DNA of 64,000 nt from an uncultured Gammaproteobacteria bacterium (GCA_964538435.1 CAZIDX010000001.1:64393-128392); one strand, 5' to 3'. Positions 27,612 through 38,253 are shown, counted from the first letter of the stretch. Notes: generated by a model from the letters alone, not told the origin. Program-made: numbers and translations.

Positions 27612-28202
27612 TCAATTTGCTTGCGCCCAATCGTAAAACTCAGCAGCAGAACTCGCATTCAAATCAGCGTCAATCGTTGAATATCCAGGATTATGTCCTT
27701 CCGTGATCTCAATAGGCACAGGAAGAAGCATGTATTCATTGGAAAATTTAAGTGTTGTCTGCACGGAACCTTCGATTGGAATCACATGCACAGACTCAAG
27801 AAAATTGTAGTTCACAACAGAAGCAGAGCCATTTTCAACAACGTTTTCAGTCTGATTCGTAGTTATCCACACCGGCGTACCTCCAGCCTCAACCACGATT
27901 CGTCCGCGAATAATCCGAATCGTCGGCCCATCCTCGCTCAAATCCTCAAGCTCCAGACGAGTATTTTCCGCTAGATACACATGAATATCTTCTCCAATCT
28001 TTAGCTCAAGCCAAGTATAGGCCGTGTCAACATACGCTCCGCGCTTAAACTCACTGCCAATCTGATAATCAGAAGCTCCATCAATCTGCATCACAACAAC
28101 ATCCAGCCGAGGTTCAACAACAAAGCGTTGCACGATGAGAAGTCCAAAAATAATAGCAATGATCAATCCTGACAGAACAATGGGTAAATGTTTTTTGGTC
28201 AT
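27612..28202 (-). CDS. Membrane-anchored FecR-like beta-domain protein
   Basis: N-terminal TM helix; VYLAENTRLEL, IIRGRIVV, VIPIEGSV. Confidence 0.55.
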   Translation of the reverse strand: MTKKHLPIVLSGLIIAIIFGLLIVQRFVVEPRLDVVVMQIDGASDYQIGSEFKRGAYVDTAYTWLELKIGEDIHVYLAENTRLELEDLSEDGPTIRIIRGRIVVEAGGTPVWITTNQTENVVENGSASVVNYNFLESVHVIPIEGSVQTTLKFSNEYMLLPVPIEITEGHNPGYSTIDADLNASSAAEFYDWAQAN

Positions 28203-28252
28203 ATGCAATCCAGGTTATGATAAGATTGTAACGTAGAAATCAAAGCTTGCCT

Positions 28253-29212
28253 ATGAAAAACATCCTAACCCTCAGCCTGCTGTGCCTAATCGTTTTTGCC
28301 GGCATTGGCTGCACACAAACCTCATCACTCTCGGCTGAAGAGGCTGCAAGCGCACTTTCACTTCAAACAGGCGCAGAGATTATCGTTCGCCCAACCGTTT
28401 TTGGTGTTGGCGGAGCAATCGTTGAGTGGCTTGGGAGTGAAGAAAACGAATGGGAGGTTGATCTAACAAGTTGGTCCACAGCTGCCTCAGTCACCCTGAG
28501 CTGGTCTGTTACCTCCGAGGTTGAAACAGACGCATCAAAAGCAGCCATCTACGCCTACGAGCAGGAATATGCAGAAACCCCAATCGGAGTTGAGATCCCA
28601 GATCCACCTGAACCGCAATACGAAGAAGTTGTGAAAAGCGGCTCACTCGCAAGCGAATCACTCTCAAACGCACAGCGCCTCACACTCCCTGAGTATTGGC
28701 CAGAAGGCGATGCGGGCGTGCAAGACTCATCACTCATTTGGCTTTCTGCCGATCAATACAACGAACTCGTAAATACACGCGCTACATCAATCAGTCTAGG
28801 TCTCTTTGACGAGTCAGTCATGCAAGCAGAAAACGCAGCAGAGACCATGCAAAACCTCGTTGATCAGTTTAAAGGCTTGTTTCCAGGATCAGAGGAGGGG
28901 GGTGATACAGAAGAGACAACTGATGCTTTGCTAGATATTACAACCGTCAACGCCGATGGTGACTGGGGGACCTACACACTCACGGTTAACAATGTTCGCA
29001 CTAAAGTCCGCACCATCGAAGCCGAAAATAAGTTTGCGACCTACACCATTCTTGCCAACCCAAACAATCCAATCATTCTAGAGATAAAACTCAGTCCATT
29101 AGCCCAAGGAACTGTTCAAGCCTTCAACCCAACAAACATAGCTAGTAGTTTCTCAGGGTATGAGATCATAAAGATAAACTCAGTCGTAAGCGAAGAAACG
29201 GAATCGATATAA
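28253..29212 (+). CDS. Putative lipoprotein
   Basis: MKNILTLSLLCLIVFAGIGC, a GxGC-type lipobox. Confidence 0.7.
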   Translation: MKNILTLSLLCLIVFAGIGCTQTSSLSAEEAASALSLQTGAEIIVRPTVFGVGGAIVEWLGSEENEWEVDLTSWSTAASVTLSWSVTSEVETDASKAAIYAYEQEYAETPIGVEIPDPPEPQYEEVVKSGSLASESLSNAQRLTLPEYWPEGDAGVQDSSLIWLSADQYNELVNTRATSISLGLFDESVMQAENAAETMQNLVDQFKGLFPGSEEGGDTEETTDALLDITTVNADGDWGTYTLTVNNVRTKVRTIEAENKFATYTILANPNNPIILEIKLSPLAQGTVQAFNPTNIASSFSGYEIIKINSVVSEETESI

Positions 29213-29221
29213 TGAATTCAC

Positions 29222-29240
29222 TTCGTACCTACGAACAAAA
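29222..29240. repeat. Palindrome TTCGTA-CC-TACGAA+CAAAA, copy 2
   Basis: Matches 8857-8875. Confidence 0.5.
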
Positions 29241-29301
29241 TTCAGATACAAAAAAACGGCACAGTAGACAGCCCGCCCTGATCGTAGTATCGGGGTTTTG
29301 T

Positions 29302-29328
29302 AATTGAAAACACCGTCCGTAGACGGTG
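29302..29328 (-). terminator. Hairpin with TTTTCAATT tail (unit 5)
   Basis: Sense strand: CACCGTC-TACG-GACGGTG TTTTCAATT. Confidence 0.65.
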
Positions 29329-29347
29329 CCGTTGCCGACGTGTTCGG

Positions 29348-29818
29348 CTAGCCCATGGCGATCAGGGCGCTTGGTTGCATGAGTAGGAGCTCCGCAACGG
29401 TCATGCCGTGCTTTCGCCAGTGCTCTGCAGCCTCGAATGAGAGGCCGCCATCTTCCTCGTCAGCCAGGAAGATCTCATCGTGCAGCGGTTCCCAGTCTTG
29501 AAGCTGGCTGATGAGGTCGAGCTGCCCGCACAGGCGCCTGAACTCGGCATCCAGGAGCATCTCCATGTGGTTGTGATCCTCAGTGCTGCAGAGCTGCCTG
29601 AGCCAGTCATTCCTGATGGAAACCACCACCTCACGCCGCAGGAACACAAGCGTGCGTCCATCCAGCGGAAGTCTCTGGTGCGTTTCCGTCAGCTGACAGA
29701 GCCTGTTGCAGAATTGCCTCCAAGCATCCCGCGTCTCAGGTGCGATGAAGTTCACAAATCGAGGGTCATCAGCAAGTCTCTCCCAGACCCGCTCGCCAGT
29801 CAAAGTATCGGTGTCCAC
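29348..29818 (-). CDS. Hypothetical protein, paralog of 29912-30439; GC-rich unit 5
   Basis: GTG start (29818 or 29827) after AAGGAGAAAGGGG; N-terminus DTLTGERVWERL, C-terminus WRKHGMTVAELLLMQPS. Confidence 0.7.
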   Translation of the reverse strand: MDTDTLTGERVWERLADDPRFVNFIAPETRDAWRQFCNRLCQLTETHQRLPLDGRTLVFLRREVVVSIRNDWLRQLCSTEDHNHMEMLLDAEFRRLCGQLDLISQLQDWEPLHDEIFLADEEDGGLSFEAAEHWRKHGMTVAELLLMQPSALIAMG

Positions 29819-29872
29819 TACGACCACCCCTTTCTCCTTGTCAAGATTTTTAACATGACACACAGTCCACGT

Positions 29873-29903
29873 CAATAAGAAAACACCGCCGCAAGACAGT
29901 GTT
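29873..29903 (-). terminator. Hairpin with TTTTCTTATT tail (unit 6), running straight into the TTGACG of unit 5
   Basis: Sense strand: AACACTGTC-TTGC-GGCGGTGTT TTCTTATTGACG. Confidence 0.6.
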
Positions 29904-29911
29904 CGTTGATC

Positions 29912-30439
29912 CTATCGGATCGGAATCAGGAACAGGCTTGGCTGGATCAGGAGCAGGTCCCGGATGGTCATGTTTCCTTGCTCCCATCTCTGCATTGCCA
30001 CAGACGAGAAACTTCCTCCACCTGGGCATTTCAGGAAGTAGCGCAGGTTATCCTCATCGAGGTCAAGCATGTCTCTGTGGTTCGTGAGTGCATCATGAAG
30101 CACATTCGCTTGCGAAATCAGAGCCATACAACCAATCTCGAGAGTAGTTACGTGATATGCCCTAGCTGCTATCTTGTCGACCTCATCAGGCAGATGTGGG
30201 TGCAGGTAGCACCTGGGAATCCATTCGCCCTCGATCAAGAACATGAGTGCAGCGTGCTTTGTCTTGATAAAACTCTCTGCACTAATACTGCTCGACAGGT
30301 GAGGAGCAAAAGTTGAGGCGATTGCATCACACAACGCCACCCAAGCTTCTTTGTTGGGCTCAGGAAACATAGATTGGAAGAGCTCTTCTTCCCGAAGTGC
30401 TTCCCAAAGCTGTTCGCCACTGAGCAGGTCAGTAGTCAT
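29912..30439 (-). CDS. Hypothetical protein, paralog of 29348-29818; accessory unit 6
   Basis: ATG 30439 after AAGGG; N-terminus DLLSGEQLWEAL, C-terminus WEQGNMTIRDLLLIQPS; TTGACA at 30504-30499. Confidence 0.7.
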   Translation of the reverse strand: MTTDLLSGEQLWEALREEELFQSMFPEPNKEAWVALCDAIASTFAPHLSSSISAESFIKTKHAALMFLIEGEWIPRCYLHPHLPDEVDKIAARAYHVTTLEIGCMALISQANVLHDALTNHRDMLDLDEDNLRYFLKCPGGGSFSSVAMQRWEQGNMTIRDLLLIQPSLFLIPIR

Positions 30440-30530
30440 GCGCGTCCCTTCTGCGTGCCTCCACGCGTTCTGAACGTTTTGCCACAGACAAAGCAAGCTG
30501 TCAATACACCCCACCCCACCAGCAACCAAA

Positions 30531-30625
30531 AAAGATTAAACAAAAATACAACCCATTGTTGGTGGTAGCCCATGCGATATAGGCTGCCCGGTTCCGACAA
30601 TGGGTTGTATTTTTGTTTAATCTTT
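30531..30625. repeat. Long inverted repeat (perfect 29-bp arms)
   Basis: AAAGATTAAACAAAAATACAACCCATTGT (30531-30559) / ACAATGGGTTGTATTTTTGTTTAATCTTT (30597-30625). Confidence 0.85.
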
Positions 30626-30636
30626 GAGGACGCATC

Positions 30637-31485
30637 TTATTCAAACCGAACCATCCAATGTGGATCAACTTCCACTTCCATATCCAAGAAAACTTTCGCT
30701 TGCATCACAAGCTCGAGTTCTTTGCGCGTGCTTTGCCCAATCTCTTTGATTCCACGACCACCTTGCCCAATAATCATTCGCTTGTACCGGTCATCAGTGG
30801 TGAAGATCGTGGCAGCAATGTACATCATGCCATTCTCACGCTTCTCAACCTCAGAAACTTCCACATGCGTAGTGTACGGAACCTCCTGGCGCAACCGGAG
30901 GAACAGCTTCTCTCGAATGAGCTCTGCAAGCCAGAACTTGTTCGGCATGCTTGTGAGTTGGCCTTCTGGGTAGTACGCCTCGCCCTCAGGGAGCAGCTCT
31001 AGGATGGTATCAATAAGTTTCAATGTGTTTGTGCCGCGAAGAGCTGAGACTTCAACAACATGATCAAAGTCCTCACCAAGATCTCTGTAGAAATCAATAA
31101 AAGGTTTCTTTTGAAGGTCGATCTTATTGATGACCAAAATCTTTGGGCATTTCACGTCCTTAATCATGCGGATCACAGATTTTTCTTCATCTCCAATGTC
31201 TCGAGTGGGATCGACAATGTACGCAATCACATCAACATCAACAAGAGATGCCTTCACAGCGTCAGAGAGCCTCTTTGAAAGCAGATCTTTAGCACCTTTC
31301 AGCACTCCTGGAGTGTCCACAAAAACAATCTGACCCTCTTCTCGAGAAAGAATTCCTTGAATAGGCAGGCGAGTTGTTTGCGGCTTTGGAGTTGTAATGG
31401 CGACCTTTGAGCCGACCATTGTATTCATGAGCGTGGACTTTCCAACATTAGATCGTCCAATCATGACAGCGAATCCTGATTTCAT
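30637..31485 (-). CDS. era: GTPase Era
   Basis: GRSNVGKST, PQTTR, DTPG, NKID, KH domain IIGQGGRGIKEIG. Confidence 0.95.
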   Translation of the reverse strand: MKSGFAVMIGRSNVGKSTLMNTMVGSKVAITTPKPQTTRLPIQGILSREEGQIVFVDTPGVLKGAKDLLSKRLSDAVKASLVDVDVIAYIVDPTRDIGDEEKSVIRMIKDVKCPKILVINKIDLQKKPFIDFYRDLGEDFDHVVEVSALRGTNTLKLIDTILELLPEGEAYYPEGQLTSMPNKFWLAELIREKLFLRLRQEVPYTTHVEVSEVEKRENGMMYIAATIFTTDDRYKRMIIGQGGRGIKEIGQSTRKELELVMQAKVFLDMEVEVDPHWMVRFE

Positions 31486-31496
31486 AGAAATTGAGG

Positions 31497-32627
31497 TTAT
31501 CGGCGCACTAAATGTGCAACCAGCTCAACATGCGGAGTGTGCGGGAACATATCAATCGCACGCATGTTGTTAATTTGATAAAGCTTTTGTAATTCTACCA
31601 TCTCCCGAGCAAAGTTTTTGTAGTTACACGAAACATAAACAATCTCCACTGGCGCAGCATCCATGACATCCTTGAGTGCACGGTCGTGCATCCCGCTTCG
31701 AGGTGGGTCCAGGATCACAATGTCTGCATCAAACTGCTTCCAATCAAAATCTTCAGTCTTGGCTGAGTGGTATTCAGCGTCAACACCATTCGCCTTTGCA
31801 TTCTTCTTTGCATCAGCAATCGCATCTTCTACAAGCTCTACGCCAATCGTTTTCTTTGCACGCCCAGCCAGAGCGATCGAGAAGAATCCAGTTCCGCAAA
31901 AGAGATCAAGTAAGGTTTTCACAGAAAGATCTCCGCAAAACTCATCAACCGTATCAAGAAGGAGCTCAGCGCCATCAGGATTGGTTTGAAAGAAAGCATT
32001 CGGGCTAATCCGATACGTAGAACCACCAATGGTTTCATGAATCACACCATCGCCATGGATAGTCTCGAGAATATCACCAAAAGAAACGTCTCCAACTGTA
32101 CTGTTCTGCGACCAAATGAGCGTGCTCACACCTGTCTGTTCCACAAGCTTTGCAAGTTCACCTCGCAGCAAAGTCTCTTCGTCTGAGTTTGCAGGAACAC
32201 TGGTTACAATATTGAGCATCGCTTCGCCGCCTCGCGCGGTTCTGATCACTGCATAACGCAGAAGACCATGATGTGCTTTACGATCGAAAAACGAAAGACC
32301 AGCTTCCTGAGTCCATGCACGAACCACATGAAAGATCCTTTCGATTTCCTCACTGCCTAAAAAGCAGGTGTGTCCATCAATAACCTTCCACCACTTTCCC
32401 TTCATCCGCATTCCAACTCGTCCTTCAAAATCAATGACAAAGTCCATGCGATTACGGTAGTGTGCTCTCACAGGAGAGGGGAGAATGCTCTCACATTTCA
32501 AATCAAGCTCTTTGAGAGCAAAAGATCCATTAATATCCGAAAGCTTTTGCTGAAGTTGCTTCTCATACGGGATATGAGACCAGCTGCAAGAGCCGCAGAT
32601 TTCTTTGTTTGGGCAGAGTGTTTGCAT
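31497..32627 (-). CDS. rlmD: 23S rRNA (uracil-C5) methyltransferase RlmD/TrmA family
   Basis: CxxxxxCGSC, YRNRM, AFFQTN, LDLFCGTG, DPPRSG, YVSC, DMFPHTPHVE. Confidence 0.88.
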   Translation of the reverse strand: MQTLCPNKEICGSCSWSHIPYEKQLQQKLSDINGSFALKELDLKCESILPSPVRAHYRNRMDFVIDFEGRVGMRMKGKWWKVIDGHTCFLGSEEIERIFHVVRAWTQEAGLSFFDRKAHHGLLRYAVIRTARGGEAMLNIVTSVPANSDEETLLRGELAKLVEQTGVSTLIWSQNSTVGDVSFGDILETIHGDGVIHETIGGSTYRISPNAFFQTNPDGAELLLDTVDEFCGDLSVKTLLDLFCGTGFFSIALAGRAKKTIGVELVEDAIADAKKNAKANGVDAEYHSAKTEDFDWKQFDADIVILDPPRSGMHDRALKDVMDAAPVEIVYVSCNYKNFAREMVELQKLYQINNMRAIDMFPHTPHVELVAHLVRR

Positions 32628-32670
32628 AAATCGTCCGAACACTACCGTATTTTTGCTAAAATATCAAGGT

Positions 32671-33120
32671 ATGATTGTAATCGCTCACAATATCCGCTCG
32701 CTCCACAACGTCGGCTCCATCTTTCGTAGTGCAAACGCCTTTGGGGTTGAGAAGCTCTTCCTCACTGGCTACACCGGCGCTCCACCAAGAAAAGAGATTG
32801 CAAAGGTTTCTCTTAAGGCCGAGCACACGCTACCTTGGGAGTCGGTTGAGGATGTGGATGCCGTTATCAAAACACTCAAAAAGGATGGTTACAAGATTCT
32901 TGCGCTCGACAATGTTCCAGGGGCAGAACCTCTTGGCACTCCAATCGATAATCAGAAATTAGTGCTCATTTTGGGAAACGAGGTCGAGGGAACCGACGAG
33001 CAAACAAGAAGGTTGTGTGACAGGATTGTATTTATCCCCACCAAGGGTCACAAAAAGTCCCTAAACGTGTCTGTTGCAACAGGGGTTGCACTGTTTGCTC
33101 TCACTTCAGATTCGCGCTAA
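32671..33120 (+). CDS. TrmH/SpoU RNA methyltransferase
   Basis: HNVGSIFRSA, LGNEVEG, SLNVSVA. Confidence 0.9.
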   Translation: MIVIAHNIRSLHNVGSIFRSANAFGVEKLFLTGYTGAPPRKEIAKVSLKAEHTLPWESVEDVDAVIKTLKKDGYKILALDNVPGAEPLGTPIDNQKLVLILGNEVEGTDEQTRRLCDRIVFIPTKGHKKSLNVSVATGVALFALTSDSR

Positions 33121-33131
33121 AATAAGGCTAT

Positions 33132-33854
33132 ATGCTCAGCATTGTGATCCCCACCCTTGACGAGGAAGAAGCCCTTCCCGTCCTTCTTGAATCTATAAAG
33201 CGACAGACACTGCAGCCAGATGAAGTCATCGTGGCAGATGGTCCGTCAAAAGACAGCACAAAGGAGATTGCAAAGTCGTTTGGAGCGACGATTGTTGAAG
33301 GTGGAACAGTGGTGCAGGGAAGAAACAACGGTGCAGCACATGCAAGCACAGAGCTCATTCTCTTTTTGGATGCAGATGTAGAATTGCGCGACCCAGAATT
33401 TCTGGAAAAGTCAGTGAAAGAGATGACAAAGAGAAAACTTGATCTCGCAACCTGTGATGTGTTTCCGCTCTCAGACCGTTACATCGACCACTTCTTGCAT
33501 AAAGCCTACAACGTCTACTCACGTGCATGGGGTTCGGTCTTCCCACATGCACCTGGATTTTGCATGTTTGTGCGTAAAGAAGCACACGACAAGATAGATG
33601 GATTTGATAGTGAGATTCCATTCTGTGAAGATCATGAGTACGCACAAAGGCTCGGTAAGGTCGGAAAGTTTGGAATCCTCAAGAGCACAAAGATCCCTGT
33701 ATCAATCCGCCGCATGGATCGTGACGGAAGGATCAATATCGCAGTGAAGTATCTGCTAGCGGAGCTTCATATAGCGTTTATCGGACCAATTAAGCACAAC
33801 CGATTCAATTACACATTTGGTCACAAAAAGGAAAAAGACAAACATGGGAATTGA
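33132..33854 (+). CDS. Glycosyltransferase family 2
   Basis: SIVIPTLDEE, VADGPSKD, FLDAD, ED motif. Confidence 0.88.
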   Translation: MLSIVIPTLDEEEALPVLLESIKRQTLQPDEVIVADGPSKDSTKEIAKSFGATIVEGGTVVQGRNNGAAHASTELILFLDADVELRDPEFLEKSVKEMTKRKLDLATCDVFPLSDRYIDHFLHKAYNVYSRAWGSVFPHAPGFCMFVRKEAHDKIDGFDSEIPFCEDHEYAQRLGKVGKFGILKSTKIPVSIRRMDRDGRINIAVKYLLAELHIAFIGPIKHNRFNYTFGHKKEKDKHGN

Positions 33855-34761
33855 TTCCGTGAAAGCAAAACAAATCGCCTGGCATAATATCAGCAAAGTG
33901 TCAGAGCGCGACCTGGAGGAACTGCAGGGGGATTTTCGTTTCCATCATCTTGACTACGACGACATTCGCTCTGAAACACCGATCTCAAAGATGGATCCGT
34001 ATAAGCACTACATCTTTTTTGTGTTTCACATCCCAACACTCAAAAACGAGAAAAAGCATGTTCACGGGGAAGAGCTTTATATCTTCCTTCACAAGGATGG
34101 GATCGTAACGCTCTCGCACTGGCCAATCTCAGCACTTGATGCATTTTTTGAGCGCATGAACAAAAGCGCAAAGTTCAGAAACTCCATCATGAGCAAAGGC
34201 CCAGCCTACCTCATGTACCGCATTCTCATGGAGGTGTTCCGCAATGCACTCTCTATCGTAGGCACGCTCACAACAGAGGTAACTCGACTAGAAGAAGCGA
34301 TCGAGTCGCGCCATGAAAAAACGGTCACGGTTGACCTGGCACATGTAAGACGAAATGTGCTCTTCATGCGACATATCATTGATCCGCAAAGGCGCATGCT
34401 CACCAGTCTCATGAGCACAAAGAGGGTCTTCATCAAGGAAGACAACCTGCTCTACTTTGATGACCTGCAAGACGTTCTCGACACCATCTGGCTCACTGCT
34501 GACAACCTCAAGTTGATCATTGACGGACTATTTGATGTAAACGAAGCATTGCTTTCTCACAAGACAAACGAGATCATCACATTGCTCACTATTTTGTCAG
34601 CCTCGCTCATGCTCCCAACCTTGATTGCTGGATTCTACGGCATGAATGTGCCATGGCTGCCATTTGCAAACAGTGCACCCTTTATCACATTCCTGTACGG
34701 AATTGGATTTATTGGCATGGCAATCGTTGTGGTAGCAATCGTAAAAAGGCGAGATTGGTAG
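33844..34761 (+). CDS. corA: CorA-family Mg2+ transporter
   Basis: PTLIAGFYGMN signature and two C-terminal TM helices. Confidence 0.9.
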   Translation: MGIDSVKAKQIAWHNISKVSERDLEELQGDFRFHHLDYDDIRSETPISKMDPYKHYIFFVFHIPTLKNEKKHVHGEELYIFLHKDGIVTLSHWPISALDAFFERMNKSAKFRNSIMSKGPAYLMYRILMEVFRNALSIVGTLTTEVTRLEEAIESRHEKTVTVDLAHVRRNVLFMRHIIDPQRRMLTSLMSTKRVFIKEDNLLYFDDLQDVLDTIWLTADNLKLIIDGLFDVNEALLSHKTNEIITLLTILSASLMLPTLIAGFYGMNVPWLPFANSAPFITFLYGIGFIGMAIVVVAIVKRRDW

Positions 34762-34762
34762 T

Positions 34763-35323
34763 ATGCAAATTCCCATTGTTGTCCAACATCGTCACGTACA
34801 TCTATCTGAAGCTGACAGGAAAGCTCTTTTTGGTGATGTTGAACTGACCCCTGTTCGTTCAATCAATCAAAAGGGGCAGGTTGTATACGCACAAACCGTT
34901 CAAGTCGTTGGTCCCAATGGAAGATTTGAACACGTAAGCGTGCTGGGACCAGACCGCACTGAAACCCAGGTTGAACTGTCCGCAAGTGATGCGTTTGCAC
35001 TAGGTATTAAAACAAGTACAAGAATCTCAGGAGACGTTACTCGATCTGGCTCCTGCAAACTCATCGGTCCAGCCGGTGAAGTGCTCTCAAAAAGTTCAGT
35101 CATTATTCCTGTGAGGCACTTGCACTGCGCTCCGCAAACAGCAGAGCACCTCGGACTGTCTCATCACGACATTATTTCACTCGCAGTAAAGGAAATCGGA
35201 AACGCAACAATTGATCAGGTTGTCGTGCGAGTTCATCCAACATATACGTTGGAATTTCATCTAACAAAAGATGAAGCGGCAGAGCACTGGATTCACTCTG
35301 GTGACTCAGCAAACATTGTATGA
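34763..35323 (+). CDS. pduL: PduL-family phosphate acyltransferase
   Basis: RHVHLS, VLGPDR...[19 protein letters not shown]. Confidence 0.8.
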   Translation: MQIPIVVQHRHVHLSEADRKALFGDVELTPVRSINQKGQVVYAQTVQVVGPNGRFEHVSVLGPDRTETQVELSASDAFALGIKTSTRISGDVTRSGSCKLIGPAGEVLSKSSVIIPVRHLHCAPQTAEHLGLSHHDIISLAVKEIGNATIDQVVVRVHPTYTLEFHLTKDEAAEHWIHSGDSANIV

Positions 35324-36612
35324 AGCGAATTCTCATCACACTCATGCTGCTCGTTGCGCCATTTGCAGCGCATGCAGGAGCTGACCTGAGTATCAATCAA
35401 AACGACGTGCGTTTCTCCACTGAATCACTGATTGCAGGAGACACGGTACGTATTTACGCGTCGATATACAACGTTGGAGACCAAGACGTGTCAGGTTACG
35501 TCACGTTCTTCCAAGGATCAGTATCGATTGGTGACTCTCAAGTAATCTCTGTGCTCTCAGGAGGAAATGCAGAAGAGGTTTACGTAGATTTTGTTGTGCC
35601 CTCAAGCTCATTCAATCTCAGAGCTGAGATTCGCGGAACTGATCCTGAAGATGTGAATCCCGACAACAATACAACAGTTACCGCAATGTACGAACCAGTT
35701 TTTGATGATGATCGAGACGGAGTAGCCAATGATGCTGACAACTGCCCAGCCACAGCAAATGCAGACCAACTTGATAGTGACGGAGATGGTCTGGGTGATG
35801 CATGCGACGACGATGATGACAACGATGGCTTGGCAGACAGTGTTGAAGATGAGCTTGGAACAGACACAACAAATCCTGACACAGACGAAGACGGCACAGA
35901 CGACCCAGATGACGCTTATCCAACCGACCCCACACGTACTCAAATCATCCCTGACCCAGAACCAGAGCCAGAACCAGAACCTGTTGAAGAGAAAGTGACC
36001 GAAGACTCACTGCTGAGCAAGCTTGCAGAAGAGGTTGCAGACGATCTACGGGAGTCTGGTTTGGTTGGTGAAGAGGTCGTAGATGAGCCTGAGGACGAGT
36101 CTGGAATTGAGAATGTGAAAATCACACTCTCACCAAATGCTCTGTTTCGTTACGAGCGAAAGCAATGGAACACATTCAATTTTGAAGTGCTTGGCCCTGA
36201 ATCTAATCAGTTCTCTTATGAGTGGGATTTTGGTGACGGCGTAACTTCGTCGAAATTAGAAGTTGAGCATGTTTACCAGGCCGCAGGTGCCTACGAAGCA
36301 ACACTCACAATAACAAGCTCAGACGGCGAGATCTCAGATGAATCAATCACGATCCTTGTTCCATTCTTCACGCTGGAAAACAATCTTGTTCTACTTGCAG
36401 TCATTGGGCTCGGAATTCTAATGATCGTTGGTATTGGCGTGATCGTTTCCATGGTCTTAAATGAGCGAAAGGCAGTGCAAGCGCATATGGCCAAGGAAGC
36501 CGAAGAAGATTGGGATGAAGACGATGAAAGCATTGAACCCAAGCGAGCGCCAAAGAAACCAAAAAAGAAGAAGGCAGTAAAAATCTCTGTAATCGAAGAA
36601 CTCGATGATTAA
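35320..36612 (+). CDS. Surface protein with CARDB-like, thrombospondin type-3 (Ca-binding) and PKD domains, C-terminal TM
   Basis: Signal peptide; [24 protein letters not shown]; YEWDFGDG...HVYQAAGAY. Confidence 0.8.
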   Translation: MKRILITLMLLVAPFAAHAGADLSINQNDVRFSTESLIAGDTVRIYASIYNVGDQDVSGYVTFFQGSVSIGDSQVISVLSGGNAEEVYVDFVVPSSSFNLRAEIRGTDPEDVNPDNNTTVTAMYEPVFDDDRDGVANDADNCPATANADQLDSDGDGLGDACDDDDDNDGLADSVEDELGTDTTNPDTDEDGTDDPDDAYPTDPTRTQIIPDPEPEPEPEPVEEKVTEDSLLSKLAEEVADDLRESGLVGEEVVDEPEDESGIENVKITLSPNALFRYERKQWNTFNFEVLGPESNQFSYEWDFGDGVTSSKLEVEHVYQAAGAYEATLTITSSDGEISDESITILVPFFTLENNLVLLAVIGLGILMIVGIGVIVSMVLNERKAVQAHMAKEAEEDWDEDDESIEPKRAPKKPKKKKAVKISVIEELDD

Positions 36613-38218
36613 ATTTTTCAATAAAGAGGCAAAGTCGATCGTCGGCGCAGCAACCATCGTCGGCGTTCTTTCTTTTGTAAGCCGAATTGTCGGCCTGATT
36701 CGTGATCGCATTCTAGCTGGGGAATTTGGGGCAGGGGATACACTCGATGTGTATTACGCTGCATTCAAAATCCCAGACTTTTTGTTTAGCTTGATTGTAG
36801 TCGGCGCACTCTCAGCTAGTTTTGTACCGATCTTTATCGATCAGTATCACAAACACATCTCCAAAAAAGCTGCGTGGCAATTTACAAACAACATCATGCA
36901 TGTGCTGGCAATTGCCATGCTTGCCATCGTATTAATCCTCTTCGCGTTTTCTGAGCCTTTCGCTGCTCTTGTTGCACCAGGTTTCCCTGAATACAAACAA
37001 CAGCTCGTTGCGCAGTTTATGCGCATCATGGTTTTCGCACAGCTCATCCTGACAGTTTCAATGGTCTTTGGGTCTGTGCTGCAAAGCATGAAGCGTTTCT
37101 TTTTGTATTCGCTTGCCCCAATTTTCTACAACGTCGGAATTATTATTGGTGCCGTATTCTTTGTTGATTGGATGGGGGCGATTGGGCTTGCTTGGGGGGT
37201 TGTTTTCGGTGCTTTTCTTCACCTGCTGATCCAGCTCATTGGAGTTCGCAACCTTGGTTATGCCTACAAATTCAGTTGTGGCCTCAAAGATGCATGTACA
37301 CGAAAACTCATAAAGCTCACAGGCCCAAGACTGCTCGGCATAGCCACTTCACAAATCCTTTTCTTAATCCTTGCCATTCTTGCCACAACACTTGTTGCTG
37401 GAAGTGTTACAGTGTTCCAGTTTGCTTACAATATTCAGTTCTTTGCAGTTGGAATTGTCGGTATCTCATTTGCTGTTGCGGTCTTTCCAACACTCTCTAC
37501 GCACGCCAGCAAAGAACACATGGAAGATTTTGTTAAGACGCTCTCAACGACGATCAGACAGGTTCTCTTTCTGATGATTCCGCTCATGACACTTTTCCTC
37601 GTGCTTCGCGCACAGATCGTTCGTGTTGTAGTAGGTGCTGGGGCCTTTGATTGGGCTGCGACAATTGCAACAGCTGACACCCTTGCATTCTTTGCACTTA
37701 CATTTATTCCACAAGCGTTAGTATTCATACTTGCACGCGCTTACTTTGCTATTCACGACACGATTACACCACTCACAGCAGCGATCATAGGAGCAGTCGT
37801 AGGAATCATCAGTGCGTTTCTCTTCGTTGATAGCTATGGTGTCATTGGTCTTGGAATGGCGTATTCACTTGCAAGTCTCGTTAACGCATCGATCCTCTGG
37901 GTTTCACTCCGACAGCGCTTGGGAACCCTAGACGAGCTTGGGATTCTGCACGCCTTTTCGAAAATGCTAGCTGCCGGTGTCTTAGGTGCGGTTGTGATGC
38001 AGGTCCTCAAGCCTGTGGCTGTCTCAATCATCTCTCTAGACACCTTCATGGGTGTGTTTACACAAGGATTCCTTGCTGGAGGTTCGGGGCTGCTTGTGTA
38101 CGTTGCAATTTCTCACGCGCTCAAGAGTAAAGAGCTCGAAGGCATTGCTTCTGCCCTGCAACGAAAGGTGCTTAGACGTTCAAGGCCAGAAGAAGCACTT
38201 TCTGAGAACACCAACTAG
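36605..38218 (+). CDS. murJ: Lipid II flippase MurJ (MviN)
   Basis: [29 protein letters not shown]; many TM helices. Confidence 0.92.
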   Translation: MIKFFNKEAKSIVGAATIVGVLSFVSRIVGLIRDRILAGEFGAGDTLDVYYAAFKIPDFLFSLIVVGALSASFVPIFIDQYHKHISKKAAWQFTNNIMHVLAIAMLAIVLILFAFSEPFAALVAPGFPEYKQQLVAQFMRIMVFAQLILTVSMVFGSVLQSMKRFFLYSLAPIFYNVGIIIGAVFFVDWMGAIGLAWGVVFGAFLHLLIQLIGVRNLGYAYKFSCGLKDACTRKLIKLTGPRLLGIATSQILFLILAILATTLVAGSVTVFQFAYNIQFFAVGIVGISFAVAVFPTLSTHASKEHMEDFVKTLSTTIRQVLFLMIPLMTLFLVLRAQIVRVVVGAGAFDWAATIATADTLAFFALTFIPQALVFILARAYFAIHDTITPLTAAIIGAVVGIISAFLFVDSYGVIGLGMAYSLASLVNASILWVSLRQRLGTLDELGILHAFSKMLAAGVLGAVVMQVLKPVAVSIISLDTFMGVFTQGFLAGGSGLLVYVAISHALKSKELEGIASALQRKVLRRSRPEEALSENTN

Positions 38219-38253
38219 ACGAGAAGGCCAACTTTTCCTAAGATGCACAAACT

